Assembly: GCA_964626665.1 (NCBI GenBank)
Contig: CAZVGK010000025.1
Location: 1 to 54,455 of the forward strand
Length of the DNA stretch: 54,455 bases
Direction of reading: 5' to 3'
From: an uncultured Gemmatimonadota bacterium
GTDB taxonomy: Bacteria; SM23-81; DAOVCL01
Part shown: piece after piece, positions 18,249 to 27,756 of the stretch
How positions within the stretch are numbered: the first letter of the stretch is position 1
Layout: every line of letters begins with the position of its first letter
The notes under the pieces: model-generated
Database searches by the model: none
Seen by the model: the letters and a program-made list of their open reading frames with translations, nothing else
What the model was told of the DNA's origin: nothing
Position numbers and translations under genes: made by a program

Positions 18249-19463
18249 ATGGAGAATTCCTTCAGATGGCCAACCATCGTTCTCCTATCATTTTTTGCCC
18301 TCTCAACCCTATTTCTTACCTATGAGGCCCCGGCTCAGATTCAACCGCCCGCCGGGGATAGGCCAGAGGTAGCAGACACCATCCCTCCTCTTCCCCCCAC
18401 CAATCTCCAGGCTGTGGATACCCCTAACGATGCGGGGAAAAGAATTACCCTCACCTGGACCAAATCCCCCGATGATGGCGCTGGAGCAAAGGATGTGAAG
18501 AATTACCAGATTCTAAGGGCAGAAAGGAGGGATGGCCCATACGAGATGATTGCCGAACTGGCCATCGGGGCGGTAAGGTATGTTGATACCACCGCAAAAG
18601 ACGGAGTTGACTACTACTACAAGGTAAGCGTCTCGGATGGAATAAATACCTCCGAGGCCCCTCCCAGCCAGGCGGTGTGCTCCAAAGCTCAGTGGTTTAA
18701 CCTCAAGAGGTTAAATATGCTGATTGCTGGTATTATCCTCTCTCTGGGCATAATCTATTTCATCAATAAGGCTAAAGCTGGAGGGGAACTCTATATCCGC
18801 AAGATAGCGGGACTGGATGCCGTAAATGAGGCCGTGGGACGGGCCACGGAGATGGGGAGAAAGGTATTTTTCATCCCTGGGATTATGGACTTGGACAATG
18901 TTCAGACCATAGCTGGGCTGAGCATTTTGGGGCAGGTGGCCAGGCTTACAGCTGAATACGGGACCGAATTGGAGGTGCCCGTCTGTAGGTCGGTGGTGAT
19001 GGTCACCGGAAGGGAGACGGTCAAGGAGGCCTACCTGGATACTGGCCATCCAGATGCCTACCACGATGAGATCGTTCATTATCTCACAGATGACCAATTC
19101 GGATATGCTGCCGGCGTAGATGGGTTGATGCTCAGGGAGAAGCCGGCAGCCATCTTTTATCAGGGAGCTTTCTATGCTGAATCCCTCATCTTAGCTGAGA
19201 CAGGTTTTTCTGTGGGGGCTATTCAGATCGCCGGGACGGGTATGCCCTCTCAACTGCCGTTTTTCATCACCGCTTGTGATTACACTCTGATAGGAGAGGA
19301 GCTTTTTGCCGCCTCTGCTTATCTCTCTCGGGAACCCAGGTCCCTGGGCAGTATCAAGGGACAGGATTTGGGCAAGGCAATTATTCTGGTAATCCTCATT
19401 TTGGGTGTGGTCCTGGAAACCTTCGGATTCACCGGATTTTCCCAACTTTTCACCACCCAATAG
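18249..19463 (+). CDS. Module gene A1: signal peptide + FN3 + TM + DUF6754-like domain + TM
   Basis: PPTNLQAVDTPNDAG..ITLTW..Y.I.R..YYYKV (FN3); IAGLDAVNEAVGRATEMG; QLPFFITACDYTLIGEE. Confidence 0.85.
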   Translation: MENSFRWPTIVLLSFFALSTLFLTYEAPAQIQPPAGDRPEVADTIPPLPPTNLQAVDTPNDAGKRITLTWTKSPDDGAGAKDVKNYQILRAERRDGPYEMIAELAIGAVRYVDTTAKDGVDYYYKVSVSDGINTSEAPPSQAVCSKAQWFNLKRLNMLIAGIILSLGIIYFINKAKAGGELYIRKIAGLDAVNEAVGRATEMGRKVFFIPGIMDLDNVQTIAGLSILGQVARLTAEYGTELEVPVCRSVVMVTGRETVKEAYLDTGHPDAYHDEIVHYLTDDQFGYAAGVDGLMLREKPAAIFYQGAFYAESLILAETGFSVGAIQIAGTGMPSQLPFFITACDYTLIGEELFAASAYLSREPRSLGSIKGQDLGKAIILVILILGVVLETFGFTGFSQLFTTQ

Positions 19464-19467
19464 CTTT

Positions 19468-19921
19468 AACCTGAATAATTTGTCTGCCACAAAGACACCA
19501 AGACCCAAAGTATTGATCAAGCAAATGTTTACAGATTAAGCAGTGAAACTCAGTTCAATAGATACTACTGGGGCCACTAAATAGGGTCTGTCTGAATTCG
19601 TCATTCCCGCACGCCGTTAGCGGGAATCCATTGCTGATTTTAAGTAGATTCCGGCTTAAAGATTGCCGGAATGACAAGAAATATGGGTATTTCCGGACAG
19701 ACACTAAAAGATTACATGTCATTGCGAGCGCAGCGAAGCAATCCAAACCTTTGAATGGGGGATTAAGACTGTGAGATTGCTTCGTCGCTACGCTCCTCGC
19801 AATGACCAATGAAGTACCAATGTGCAAACTATAATGTGATCTGAGTAATAAAGGTTTTTATGTTTGATTTTCTTAGTGACTTAGAGGCTTTGTGGCCAAA
19901 ATTTTCTGGGTAATTAGGATT
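19468..19921. repeat. Composite intergenic repeat element with nested palindromes
   Basis: AACCTGAATAA..GCCACAAAG.CACCAAG left end and TTTTTTATGTTTGAT..CTTAGTG right part shared with 48050-48443; nested GTCATTCCCGC..GCGGGAATCC and GTCATTGCGAG..CTCGCAATGAC palindromes. Confidence 0.7.
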
Positions 19922-19937
19922 AAGAAAGGGTCGGAAT

Positions 19938-20597
19938 ATGCGTAGGGAAATACCCCTTATTATCACAGGAATAACTGGGATAGCATTTATCATCGCCTAT
20001 TTCATCCCCCATCGCCCGTTCAATCTGATCCAGGACCTGTTCCAAACCTGGTTTCAAATCGTTGCTGCCTTTGCCATCATTTTGGGTGTATTAAACCTGA
20101 TAGTGGTAAATGGCAACAAAGTCTACAGGAAATCGAGAGGATGGGGCTATTCGGTGATTATCATCCTCAGTTTCTTGGTGATGGCAGGCATTGGCACATT
20201 CAATTTTGGGGGCAAGGCCTCCCCCTTAGAGGAGGGCACTCCCTTTATGTATCTTTTTCACAATGTCTATTACCCTCTAGGCAGCACGGTCTTTGCCCTT
20301 TTAGCCTTTTTTGTGGCCTCTGCTTCTTTCCGCGCCTTCAGGGCCCGTAATAAGGAGGCTGCCCTTCTCCTTGTGGCCGCCTTCTTTGTCATGCTGGGAC
20401 GGGTTCCCATAGGTGACTACTTAACCTCCTGGATACCTGTGAATTGGCTGCGGCTTTCTACTATAGCTAACTGGATTATGGCTTACCCCAATATGGCCGC
20501 CCAGAGGGCGATTATGATCGGCATAGCACTGGGAATTATCTCCACCTCCCTGAGGTTGATACTGGGGATAGAAAAATCCTATTTGGGTGGTGAATAG
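19938..20597 (+). CDS. Module gene B1: polytopic membrane protein
   Basis: About 6 hydrophobic helices; LLAFFVASASFRAFRAR, GRVPIG, YPNMAAQRAI and LILGIEKSYLGG motifs. Confidence 0.85.
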   Translation: MRREIPLIITGITGIAFIIAYFIPHRPFNLIQDLFQTWFQIVAAFAIILGVLNLIVVNGNKVYRKSRGWGYSVIIILSFLVMAGIGTFNFGGKASPLEEGTPFMYLFHNVYYPLGSTVFALLAFFVASASFRAFRARNKEAALLLVAAFFVMLGRVPIGDYLTSWIPVNWLRLSTIANWIMAYPNMAAQRAIMIGIALGIISTSLRLILGIEKSYLGGE

Positions 20598-20688
20598 GCA
20601 AAAGAATAACAGCCACCACGGAACCTCACGGAAAAAAGCAATTGAAAATTAAGAATTAAAAATGAGGTTTATGCTGATTCCTACTTTT

Positions 20689-20864
20689 CTGTGCTACAAC
20701 CTTGCAAGATCTTGTTTTTTGGACAAACTTTTTTAACCGCAAAGACGCTAAGATCGCGGAGAAAATAAAAAGCAAAAGAGAGATGAAATAAAACGATTAG
20801 TTAATATTCTTTAAACTTTGCGACTTTGCGGTTAATTATTTTATTGCGACTTTGCCGCGCTGTG
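20689..20864. repeat. Interspersed repeat (GCAAGATCTTGTTTTTT family)
   Basis: Related copies at 28403-28659 and, inverted, at 48115-48358. Confidence 0.7.
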
Positions 20865-20910
20865 CAAGTCCGTGGTTATAGGTGGTGAATAGGCAAAAGG
20901 AGAATAAGGG

Positions 20911-21753
20911 ATGAGAATTCTTGAAAAGACAATGGTTTTAGACCGTCGGATTATCTTTCTCTTAATTGCCGTGGCTGTGGTGGTGCCCCTGTTTATCCCC
21001 TTCCACCTGAAGATGCATCCCACCCCCGCTTCCCAAGGGCTCTATGATGCGGTTGAAAAACTCTCAAAGGGCTCAACAGTAATCATCTCCGGAGAGTATG
21101 ACCCAGGAACCGCACCGGAGATCCAACCGATGGTAAAGGGGGCTTTGAAGCATTGTTTCCGCAAGGGCATCAAAGTCATTCTCATGGGGTTGTGGCCACA
21201 GGGGCCAGCTCTGGAAGCACAAGCCCTACAGGAAGTGCTTGAGGAAACGGAGTTTGAGGAGATGAATCTCCAATATGGCCAGGACTATGTGAACTTGGGT
21301 TATAAGGCTGGTGGGCAAGTTGTTATCCAGTCAATGGGAACCAGCATACCCGCTACCTTTCCCACCGATATGGCAGGCACACCCATAGAGGAGTTATCCC
21401 TAATGAAGGAGATCCGTAACTTTGATGATATCACCTTCATATTGGACTTTTCTGCTGGAGATCCGGGAACGCCATTCTGGGTGATGTTCGCCCATGACAG
21501 ATTTCATGTCCCCATGGCCTCCGGGTGTACTGCGGTTAGTGCTCCTATGCTCTATCCTTACCTCCAGACCGGGCAATTGGCTGGCCTTTTAGGAGGATTA
21601 AAAGGGGCTGCAGATTATGAGTGGTTAACTAAATCACCGGGCACAGGGATTCAATATATGCCTTCCCAATCTATTGCCCATTTGGTTATTGTCATCTTCA
21701 TCATCCTCGGGAACATCGCCTTCTTTGTCACCAGGAAGAAGGGGGAAAGATGA
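20911..21753 (+). CDS. Module gene C1: membrane-anchored protein (N- and C-terminal TM)
   Basis: DRRIIFLL, YDP.T..E..PM, G.DYV.LGYK and LQTGQL.GLLGGLKGAA.YE motifs. Confidence 0.85.
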   Translation: MRILEKTMVLDRRIIFLLIAVAVVVPLFIPFHLKMHPTPASQGLYDAVEKLSKGSTVIISGEYDPGTAPEIQPMVKGALKHCFRKGIKVILMGLWPQGPALEAQALQEVLEETEFEEMNLQYGQDYVNLGYKAGGQVVIQSMGTSIPATFPTDMAGTPIEELSLMKEIRNFDDITFILDFSAGDPGTPFWVMFAHDRFHVPMASGCTAVSAPMLYPYLQTGQLAGLLGGLKGAADYEWLTKSPGTGIQYMPSQSIAHLVIVIFIILGNIAFFVTRKKGER

Positions 21754-22349
21754 GCACAAGTATCGAAGTATGGATTGCTGCTCTGCTAACCCTGGGGATA
21801 TTGAGTTTCCTATACAAAGACAACCCCTTTTATAAGGTCTCCGAATCAATCTTTATTGGGGTCTCCGCAGCATATTGGTTTGTCTATATGATCTATAATG
21901 TGATAAAACCAAACCTGATTGTTAACTTGAGGATGGGACAATGGTGGTATGCCTTTGCCGGCATCTTAGGGATAATGATGTTACTCCGTCTGGTTCCTAA
22001 AATTGGCTGGCTGAGTCGTTGGGCAGTTGCTTTTATGATCGGCACCGGAGCAGGCTTAAATTTCATCGTCTATCTGCAAAGTAATGTGATGAAACAGATA
22101 AAGGGAACTCTGGTCCCTCTCAATTCGATCGGAAATATCGTTATGATAGTCGGAGTAGTCACCGGATTGATCTACTTCTTCTTCTCTGCGGAGCACAAAG
22201 GCTTATTTGGCGGGGCGGCAAAGGTGGGGATTTGGTTCATTATGGTCTCCTTTGGAGCCTCCTTTGGCTATACGGTGATGGCCAGAATTTCCCTTCTCAT
22301 TGGAAGGATGCATTTCCTCTTTAGTGACTGGTTAAGACTTTTACACTGA
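21750..22349 (+). CDS. Module gene D1: polytopic membrane protein
   Basis: SFLYKDNPFYK, YFFFSAEHKG and FGASFGYTVMARISLLIGR motifs. Confidence 0.85.
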   Translation: MSTSIEVWIAALLTLGILSFLYKDNPFYKVSESIFIGVSAAYWFVYMIYNVIKPNLIVNLRMGQWWYAFAGILGIMMLLRLVPKIGWLSRWAVAFMIGTGAGLNFIVYLQSNVMKQIKGTLVPLNSIGNIVMIVGVVTGLIYFFFSAEHKGLFGGAAKVGIWFIMVSFGASFGYTVMARISLLIGRMHFLFSDWLRLLH

Positions 22350-22367
22350 GTCCGAATTATGCATTAG

Positions 22368-22441
22368 GTAGCCGCAACCTTTAGGTTGCGTAAATGGTTG
22401 ATTTATGAGGCATCTTTTCGCAGGCTAAAGCCTGCGACTAC
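22368..22441. repeat. REP-like inverted pair (GTAG type)
   Basis: GTAGCCGCAACCTTTAGGTTGCG ... CGCAGGCTAAAGCCTGCGACTAC. Confidence 0.65.
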
Positions 22442-22508
22442 CTATCCTATGGTTTTTGTAGTAGAACCATTATATCAACCGATAGAATAATCATTCGTGA
22501 ACCGATAA

Positions 22509-22568
22509 ACCTAAACAAGTCGCTGTAGCCGGCGGTGTTAGCTCCGCCGCCGAGCTTAATCGTTATAC
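22509..22568 (+). other. attC site (canonical type, slightly degenerate)
   Basis: ACCTAAAC-AAGTCGCTGTAGCCGGCGG..CCGCCGCCGAGCTTAATC-GTTATAC. Confidence 0.65.
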
Positions 22569-22599
22569 AATATGAGAATACCTATGAAAGGACTCACAG

Positions 22600-22938
22600 A
22601 TGAATGAGATGATAGCTTTTTGCGGTTCAGCCTGTCAGGAGTGTGAAGCGTTCGTGGCAACAAGAAATGACGATGACCAAAAGAGAGCGGAAATAGCACA
22701 GCTCTGGTCAAAGCAATATAATGCAGACATTAAATCTGAAGATATTAATTGTGACGGTTGCAAATCAGTGGGCACTCGTCATTTCAATTATTGCAATGTG
22801 TGCGAAATCAGGAAATGCGGAATGGGAAGAGGTGTCGAGAATTGTGCTTATTGCAATGACTATACCTGCGAAAGGCTCGAGAAGTTCTTTGAGATAGCAC
22901 CAGATAATAAAAAACGATTAGATGCGATAAGACGCTGA
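22600..22938 (+). CDS. DUF3795 Cys-rich protein (cassette)
   Basis: IAFCGSACQEC, INCDGC, CEIRKC and ENCAYCNDYTC motifs. Confidence 0.88.
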   Translation: MNEMIAFCGSACQECEAFVATRNDDDQKRAEIAQLWSKQYNADIKSEDINCDGCKSVGTRHFNYCNVCEIRKCGMGRGVENCAYCNDYTCERLEKFFEIAPDNKKRLDAIRR

Positions 22939-22964
22939 CGTTTGCTTCCAAGCAGATCACAATC

Positions 22965-23043
22965 GTCTAAAAAATCACTGAACTTGACGCGGTAGTGGTA
23001 AACGCTGGCGCGTTGACCCCACAAGTTAGTTCTGACGTTAGGC
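22965..23043 (+). other. attC site
   Basis: GTCTAAA..CACTGAACTTG ... CAAGTTAGTTCTGAC-GTTAGGC. Confidence 0.65.
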
Positions 23044-23096
23044 GGCTGGTTACCGTTGCACAAAAGGTTTGCATTGGAAGGAGCATAGATTGGGGT

Positions 23097-23369
23097 ATGG
23101 ATGTGAAAACAAAGGGACAGCTTAAATTGCTAGGGCGCTATATCGTCGCTGACCCTGAAATTTGTCACGGTCAGCCAACTTTTCGGGGCACACGCATCTT
23201 CGTAGCAGATGTTCTGGAGCAAGTCGCTAGCGGAATGGCTTGGGAGGCTATCATTGAGGAATGGAACGGTAGCATCACCAAAGAGGCCATTGCCGAGGTA
23301 GTGCAGTTAGCCAGCCAGGCGTTGCTCAAACACACGGACGAGTTTATATTGGAGCCAACGCCCGCTTGA
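23097..23369 (+). CDS. DUF433 antitoxin (cassette)
   Basis: IVADPEICHGQPTFRGTRI motif. Confidence 0.9.
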   Translation: MDVKTKGQLKLLGRYIVADPEICHGQPTFRGTRIFVADVLEQVASGMAWEAIIEEWNGSITKEAIAEVVQLASQALLKHTDEFILEPTPA

Positions 23370-23755
23370 ACATTCTGGACGAGAACATCATCAAGAGTCA
23401 ACGCCAATTGTTGAAAAGCTGGCGGATTCCAATTCGTCAAATCGGCTACGAGGTAGGACGGAAGGGAATGAAAGATGATGAAATTATCCCCTTTGTGCTC
23501 CGACTACGCCGTGCCACTTTCTTCACACGTGACTTAGGTTTTTATGAGCGCAGTTTATGCCACAACCGATATTGCTTGGTCTGCATGGCTGTTGAGAAGC
23601 ACGAAGCGGCTGTTTTTGTACGGCGCTTGCTTGGTCACGGGGACTTTGACACACAAGCGAAACGAATGGGCACAGTCATCCGCGTCTCTCGAAAAGGTCT
23701 TTCGGTATGGCGTCTCCACGCAGAAACAGAACAATTCCTTGACTGGGCTGAGTAG
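23366..23755 (+). CDS. PIN-like (DUF5615/Mut7-C type) toxin
   Basis: ILDENI, G.KDDEII and TFFTRD.GF motifs; 4-bp overlap with the DUF433 gene. Confidence 0.78.
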   Translation: MNILDENIIKSQRQLLKSWRIPIRQIGYEVGRKGMKDDEIIPFVLRLRRATFFTRDLGFYERSLCHNRYCLVCMAVEKHEAAVFVRRLLGHGDFDTQAKRMGTVIRVSRKGLSVWRLHAETEQFLDWAE

Positions 23756-23919
23756 CAGACGGGAGCCGCAGGGCATCTGCCTGCCGACCTACGAAACGCG
23801 GCGGGATGCCTTATCCTTTACACCATCACATAAGTAGAGCGTCACATTTGAAGCAAGCCGCCTAAGTGAAAAATAGAGCAAATATGGAGGGATCACACCT
23901 TTCGCTTGCGGGAAAGAAA

Positions 23920-24355
23920 ATGAGAGTGTACCTGGACAACTGTTGCTTCAACCGCCCTTTCGATGATCAAAGCAAGATCAGAACCAGGCTCGAAGCAGAG
24001 GCCAAGCTTCATATTCAAGAAAAGATTCAGCAGAAACGATTGGAGCTTGTATGGTCATATATCCTGGATTATGAGAACCTGATGAATCCGTTTGCTGAAA
24101 GGAAGAATGCAATCCAGAAATGGAAACAGCATGCGACAGTTGACACAGGAGAGACACAGGACATTCTGGACAAGGCGAAAACACTGAAGGAGCGAGGACT
24201 GAAAAGCAAAGATGCCCCTACACATCGCCTGCGCCATTTACACGAAGTGTGAATACTTCCTGACCACCGATGACGCAGTGCTCAAGAAAACACGAGATTT
24301 TGACGAGATCCGAGTGGTTGATCCACCTACGTTCGTCCGCGAGGTAAACCTATGA
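23920..24355 (+). pseudogene. PIN-domain toxin with +1 frameshift
   Basis: RVYLDNCCFNRPFDDQS; an extra C in the C4 run at 24215-24218 breaks DALHIACA..YFLTTDD, whose frame ends ATGA-coupled to the antitoxin. Confidence 0.85.
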
Positions 24356-24561
24356 TAACAGATACAGAAATCAAGCTAAGAGGCCTGAGGGCCCTTGCAG
24401 ACGCCCTCGGAGAGGTCCACGCAGAGAGATTTATTACTCTAATCATGCGTGAGCCTTTTAACTACACAGAATGGCAGAAGCAACTTTGGCCGGACAGAGG
24501 TGTCGAAGATATCAGTAAGTTTGCCATGCAGAGTCGCCATTCTGAAGTCCGCAAAGACTAA
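24352..24561 (+). CDS. Putative antitoxin
   Basis: MITDTEIK..G..AL...LG.V.AERFI.LI.REPF.YT.W pattern; coupled to the PIN gene. Confidence 0.75.
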   Translation: MITDTEIKLRGLRALADALGEVHAERFITLIMREPFNYTEWQKQLWPDRGVEDISKFAMQSRHSEVRKD

Positions 24562-24572
24562 TTTGTCCGTTT

Positions 24573-24647
24573 GCCGAACAAGAGCATGCAGGCCGACGTG
24601 GTGTTCCGCTCTGCTCCACACCACGCGGCTGATGCTCGACGTTGAGC
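24573..24647 (+). other. attC site (canonical, 75 bp)
   Basis: GCCGAAC-AAGAGCATGCAGGCCGACGTGGTG ... CACCACGCGGCTGATGCTCGAC-GTTGAGC: R''/R' cores and near-perfect arms with unpaired extra bases. Confidence 0.85.
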
Positions 24648-24710
24648 CGCTTCGGACGGTTGCTCAAGCGCTGGGTAAGGAAATTGAGGACTGCTTTAAG
24701 AGTTAACCCC

Positions 24711-24833
24711 TGGATTTTGGTGATCGCCTTCGGCTTCGGGGCATCCTTTGACTTCGCCGTTATGTCCAGGATATCGCTTTTAATTGGCCGCATCCAATTT
24801 CTGATGGCAGACTGGCTGGGGATATTACACTGA
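24711..24833 (+). pseudogene. 3' remnant of a fourth module gene D
   Basis: WILVIAFGFGASFDFAVMSRISLLIGRIQFLMADWLGILH*, nearly identical to the D2 C-terminus. Confidence 0.85.
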
Positions 24834-25060
24834 GCCCGAATTATTAATGGGTTTTAGCCACCAAGTCACTAAGGATATGATGACTGAGCGGTCAGATGCC
24901 CTCGCCTGACCGTCTCCTGCCGAGCCGTCAGGTGCCCTCACCTGACGGTAGGAGAGGAGGGCGGCAGAATAGGGGTTCTGCCACCTCGCTTTTGAGATTT
25001 TATTAGATCTTAGTGCCTTTGTGGCACATGGATTACTCAGGTAAGGAAGGAGGAATTTAG

Positions 25061-26266
25061 TTGAACAAGAAACTTCAGACTAGAGACAAGGGCTGTCTGA
25101 GATGGTGGATACTACCACTGGCAGCCCTCATCTTTTTGTTGGCTCTTGGTGGAGGAGTTTGGGCACAATCCCCAGGGGATACCCTTCCCCCTTCCCCCCC
25201 TTCAGGGGTGACTGCCTTCGACACCCCCAACGATGCAGGGAGAAACATCACCATCGATTGGCAGCTCTCCCCAGATGATGTGAGGGGGGGGAAAACGGTT
25301 AAGGGGTATGACATCCTCAGGTCAGAGTCTCAGGAAGGGGAGTTCGAAGTGGTAGGCTCTGTGGTTGCCGGTATCTCCACCTTCCAGGATGACAAGGTTG
25401 ACAACCATAAAGGTTACTTCTACAAGGTGAAGGCCAAGGATCACCTCTTCTCTGAATCCGAGATAGTTGGTCCTGTTGAGACCAGTGGTCAATGGTATAA
25501 CACCAACAGGACAGTGGTATTGATTTTTGTGGTTCTTTTCACCACCTTGGTCATCTATTTTGTGAGTAGTGCCAAGAAGGGGAAAAAGCTCTATGTGAGG
25601 CCCATACCAGGGATGGATGCGGTGGATGAGGCCGTGGGAAGGGCCACGGAGATGGGTCGGCCTATCCTTTACATCCTGGGTCTGAGCACTATATCAGATG
25701 TAGCCACCATAGCCTCCTTAACCATCTTGGGGAGGGTGGCCAAAAAGGTAGCCGAGTTTCAAAGCAAGCTTATAGTTCCCTGCTATGACCCCATTGTGAT
25801 GACCGTGGCCCAGGAGGTGGTGAAGAACGCTTACCTGGATGCCGGTAGGCCAGATGCTTATGACGAAAGCAACATCTGGTTTCTCTCCCAATCTCAGTTC
25901 GCCTATGCCGCGGGGGTAAATGGGATAATGCTCAGGGAAAGGACAGCCACCAACTTCTACCTCGGTATGTTCTACGCCGAATCCCTCATCTTAGCTGAGA
26001 CCGGCAATATCGCCGGTTCCATCCAGATCGCCGGAACTGATGCGGTGGTTCAGTTACCCTTCTTCATTACCTCGTGCGATTATACTCTAATTGGAGAGGA
26101 ATTCTATGCCGCCTCTGCTTACCTCTCTCGGGAGCCGAAGCTTTTGGGTTCCATCAAGGCCCAGGACTGGGGTAAGTTGGGGCTCATTACCCTCATCATA
26201 TTGGGAGGCTTCTTTGCCAGTTTACACATTGATGCTTTTGTGAACCTCTTCACCGTGGGGCATTAA
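25061..26266 (+). CDS. Module gene A2 (FN3 + DUF6754-like)
   Basis: Paralog of A1: DTPNDAG, EAVGRATEMG and AESLILAETG motifs. Confidence 0.85.
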   Translation: MNKKLQTRDKGCLRWWILPLAALIFLLALGGGVWAQSPGDTLPPSPPSGVTAFDTPNDAGRNITIDWQLSPDDVRGGKTVKGYDILRSESQEGEFEVVGSVVAGISTFQDDKVDNHKGYFYKVKAKDHLFSESEIVGPVETSGQWYNTNRTVVLIFVVLFTTLVIYFVSSAKKGKKLYVRPIPGMDAVDEAVGRATEMGRPILYILGLSTISDVATIASLTILGRVAKKVAEFQSKLIVPCYDPIVMTVAQEVVKNAYLDAGRPDAYDESNIWFLSQSQFAYAAGVNGIMLRERTATNFYLGMFYAESLILAETGNIAGSIQIAGTDAVVQLPFFITSCDYTLIGEEFYAASAYLSREPKLLGSIKAQDWGKLGLITLIILGGFFASLHIDAFVNLFTVGH

Positions 26267-26280
26267 GCCAAGGGGGCTCT

Positions 26281-26901
26281 ATGAGGAGACAGATTCCACT
26301 GGCGATTACCTTTATCTGTGGAGTAGTAATGGCTATTCAGTTCTTTATCCCCCACCAGATCTCTCTTGAGGTATACCGTGGGGCCTTAGATTGGCTGATG
26401 ATCATCGCCGGCTTCACTATGGTTCTGGGGATTGGAAGCTTGATCATCCATCACACAAACAAACTGAAACATCAAGGGGAGGGATGGGGATATAGCGTGG
26501 TTACCCTGTTAGGGCTGGTTGTGATGGCCATTGCCGGGGTTCGCGGGATGGGAATCGACACGCCATTTATGCAGATCTTCATCTATGCCCAAAACCCCAT
26601 CCAGGCGACTATGTTCTCCCTCCTGGCTTTCTTTATCGCCTCGGCGGCCTATCGGGCCTTTAGGGCCAGATCGTTTGTAGCTACCCTACTCCTATTGGCA
26701 GCTATCATTGTAATGATTGGCCGGGTTCCCATTGGGGCTAAAATCTGGCCCCCTATTCGCGATATTTCCAACTGGCTGCTTGACTATCCCAATATGGTGG
26801 CCAAGAGGGCCATCGTCCTGGGAGTGGGGTTAGGAATGATCTCCACCGCCCTGAAGATAATCTTAGGCATTGAGAGATCCTACCTCGGTGGGGGAAAGTA
26901 A
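26281..26901 (+). CDS. Module gene B2
   Basis: Paralog of B1: LLAFFIASAAYRAFRAR and ILGIERSYLGG motifs. Confidence 0.85.
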   Translation: MRRQIPLAITFICGVVMAIQFFIPHQISLEVYRGALDWLMIIAGFTMVLGIGSLIIHHTNKLKHQGEGWGYSVVTLLGLVVMAIAGVRGMGIDTPFMQIFIYAQNPIQATMFSLLAFFIASAAYRAFRARSFVATLLLLAAIIVMIGRVPIGAKIWPPIRDISNWLLDYPNMVAKRAIVLGVGLGMISTALKIILGIERSYLGGGK

Positions 26902-26912
26902 GGAGAGAAATT

Positions 26913-27755
26913 ATGAATATATATGAAAAGATGATGTCCATAGATCGGAGGATTCTCTTTGTTTTAATTGCCCTTTCAGTGATTATCCCTCTACTTAAAC
27001 CCTTGTTGCTCCCAATAAATGTGACTAAAGAGGCCAAGCACCTTTACGAGTTTGTTGATGAGCTAAAGCCAGGCGATGTAGTTCTCCTCTCTTTGGATTA
27101 CGACCCATCCACGATGGCCGAATGCCATCCAATGGCTCTAAGCATCCTCAGGCAGTGTTTCAGTAGGGGGATAAAGGTAATCGTCACCAGCCTGGCCCGG
27201 CCAGAGGGGTTGGGAACCGCAGAGATGGCCCTTACTCAGGCGGCCAAGGAGTATCGGAAGAAGAACGGGGAGGACTATGTCTTTCTGGGTTATAAACCCA
27301 ATGCAGCAGCAGTGGTATTGGCTATGGGGGAAAATTTCAGATTAGCCTTTCCCAACGACTTCTACGGCAGCGATTTGGAGAATATCCCAATGATCAAGGG
27401 GCTAAAAAACTATAAGAACATTAGGATAGTAGTAACAGTTTCCGGATCAGCTATCATTGACACCTGGGTGATCTATGCTGGGGGGAGATATGGAGTTCCT
27501 ATCGGAGCTGGCGTCACCGCGGTTATGGCCACAGACTACTATAAATACCTCCAGTCTGGACAGTTGGTGGGACTCCTGGGAGGACTGAAGGGAGCTGCCG
27601 AATACGAGAAGCTGATCAAACACCCGGATATGGCTACCAAGGGGATGGATGGGCAGAATATAGCGCACTTAATGATTGTCTTTTTCATCATCATTGGAAA
27701 TATAGGCTATTTTTTAGGCAAAAAAGCCAAGGCCTCGAAAGGAATGGGAGGTTAA
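26913..27755 (+). CDS. Module gene C2
   Basis: Paralog of C1: LQSGQLVGLLGGLKGAAEYE motif. Confidence 0.85.
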   Translation: MNIYEKMMSIDRRILFVLIALSVIIPLLKPLLLPINVTKEAKHLYEFVDELKPGDVVLLSLDYDPSTMAECHPMALSILRQCFSRGIKVIVTSLARPEGLGTAEMALTQAAKEYRKKNGEDYVFLGYKPNAAAVVLAMGENFRLAFPNDFYGSDLENIPMIKGLKNYKNIRIVVTVSGSAIIDTWVIYAGGRYGVPIGAGVTAVMATDYYKYLQSGQLVGLLGGLKGAAEYEKLIKHPDMATKGMDGQNIAHLMIVFFIIIGNIGYFLGKKAKASKGMGG

Positions 27756-27756
27756 G

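Noticed and set aside
19555-19827. 90-aa minus-strand ORF
   Set aside because: Translation of palindromic repeats (VIARSVATKQS, SFRQSLSRN)
24642-24833. 63-aa ORF as a genuine gene
   Set aside because: Starts inside the attC core; only the last 40 codons are meaningful (gene D remnant)
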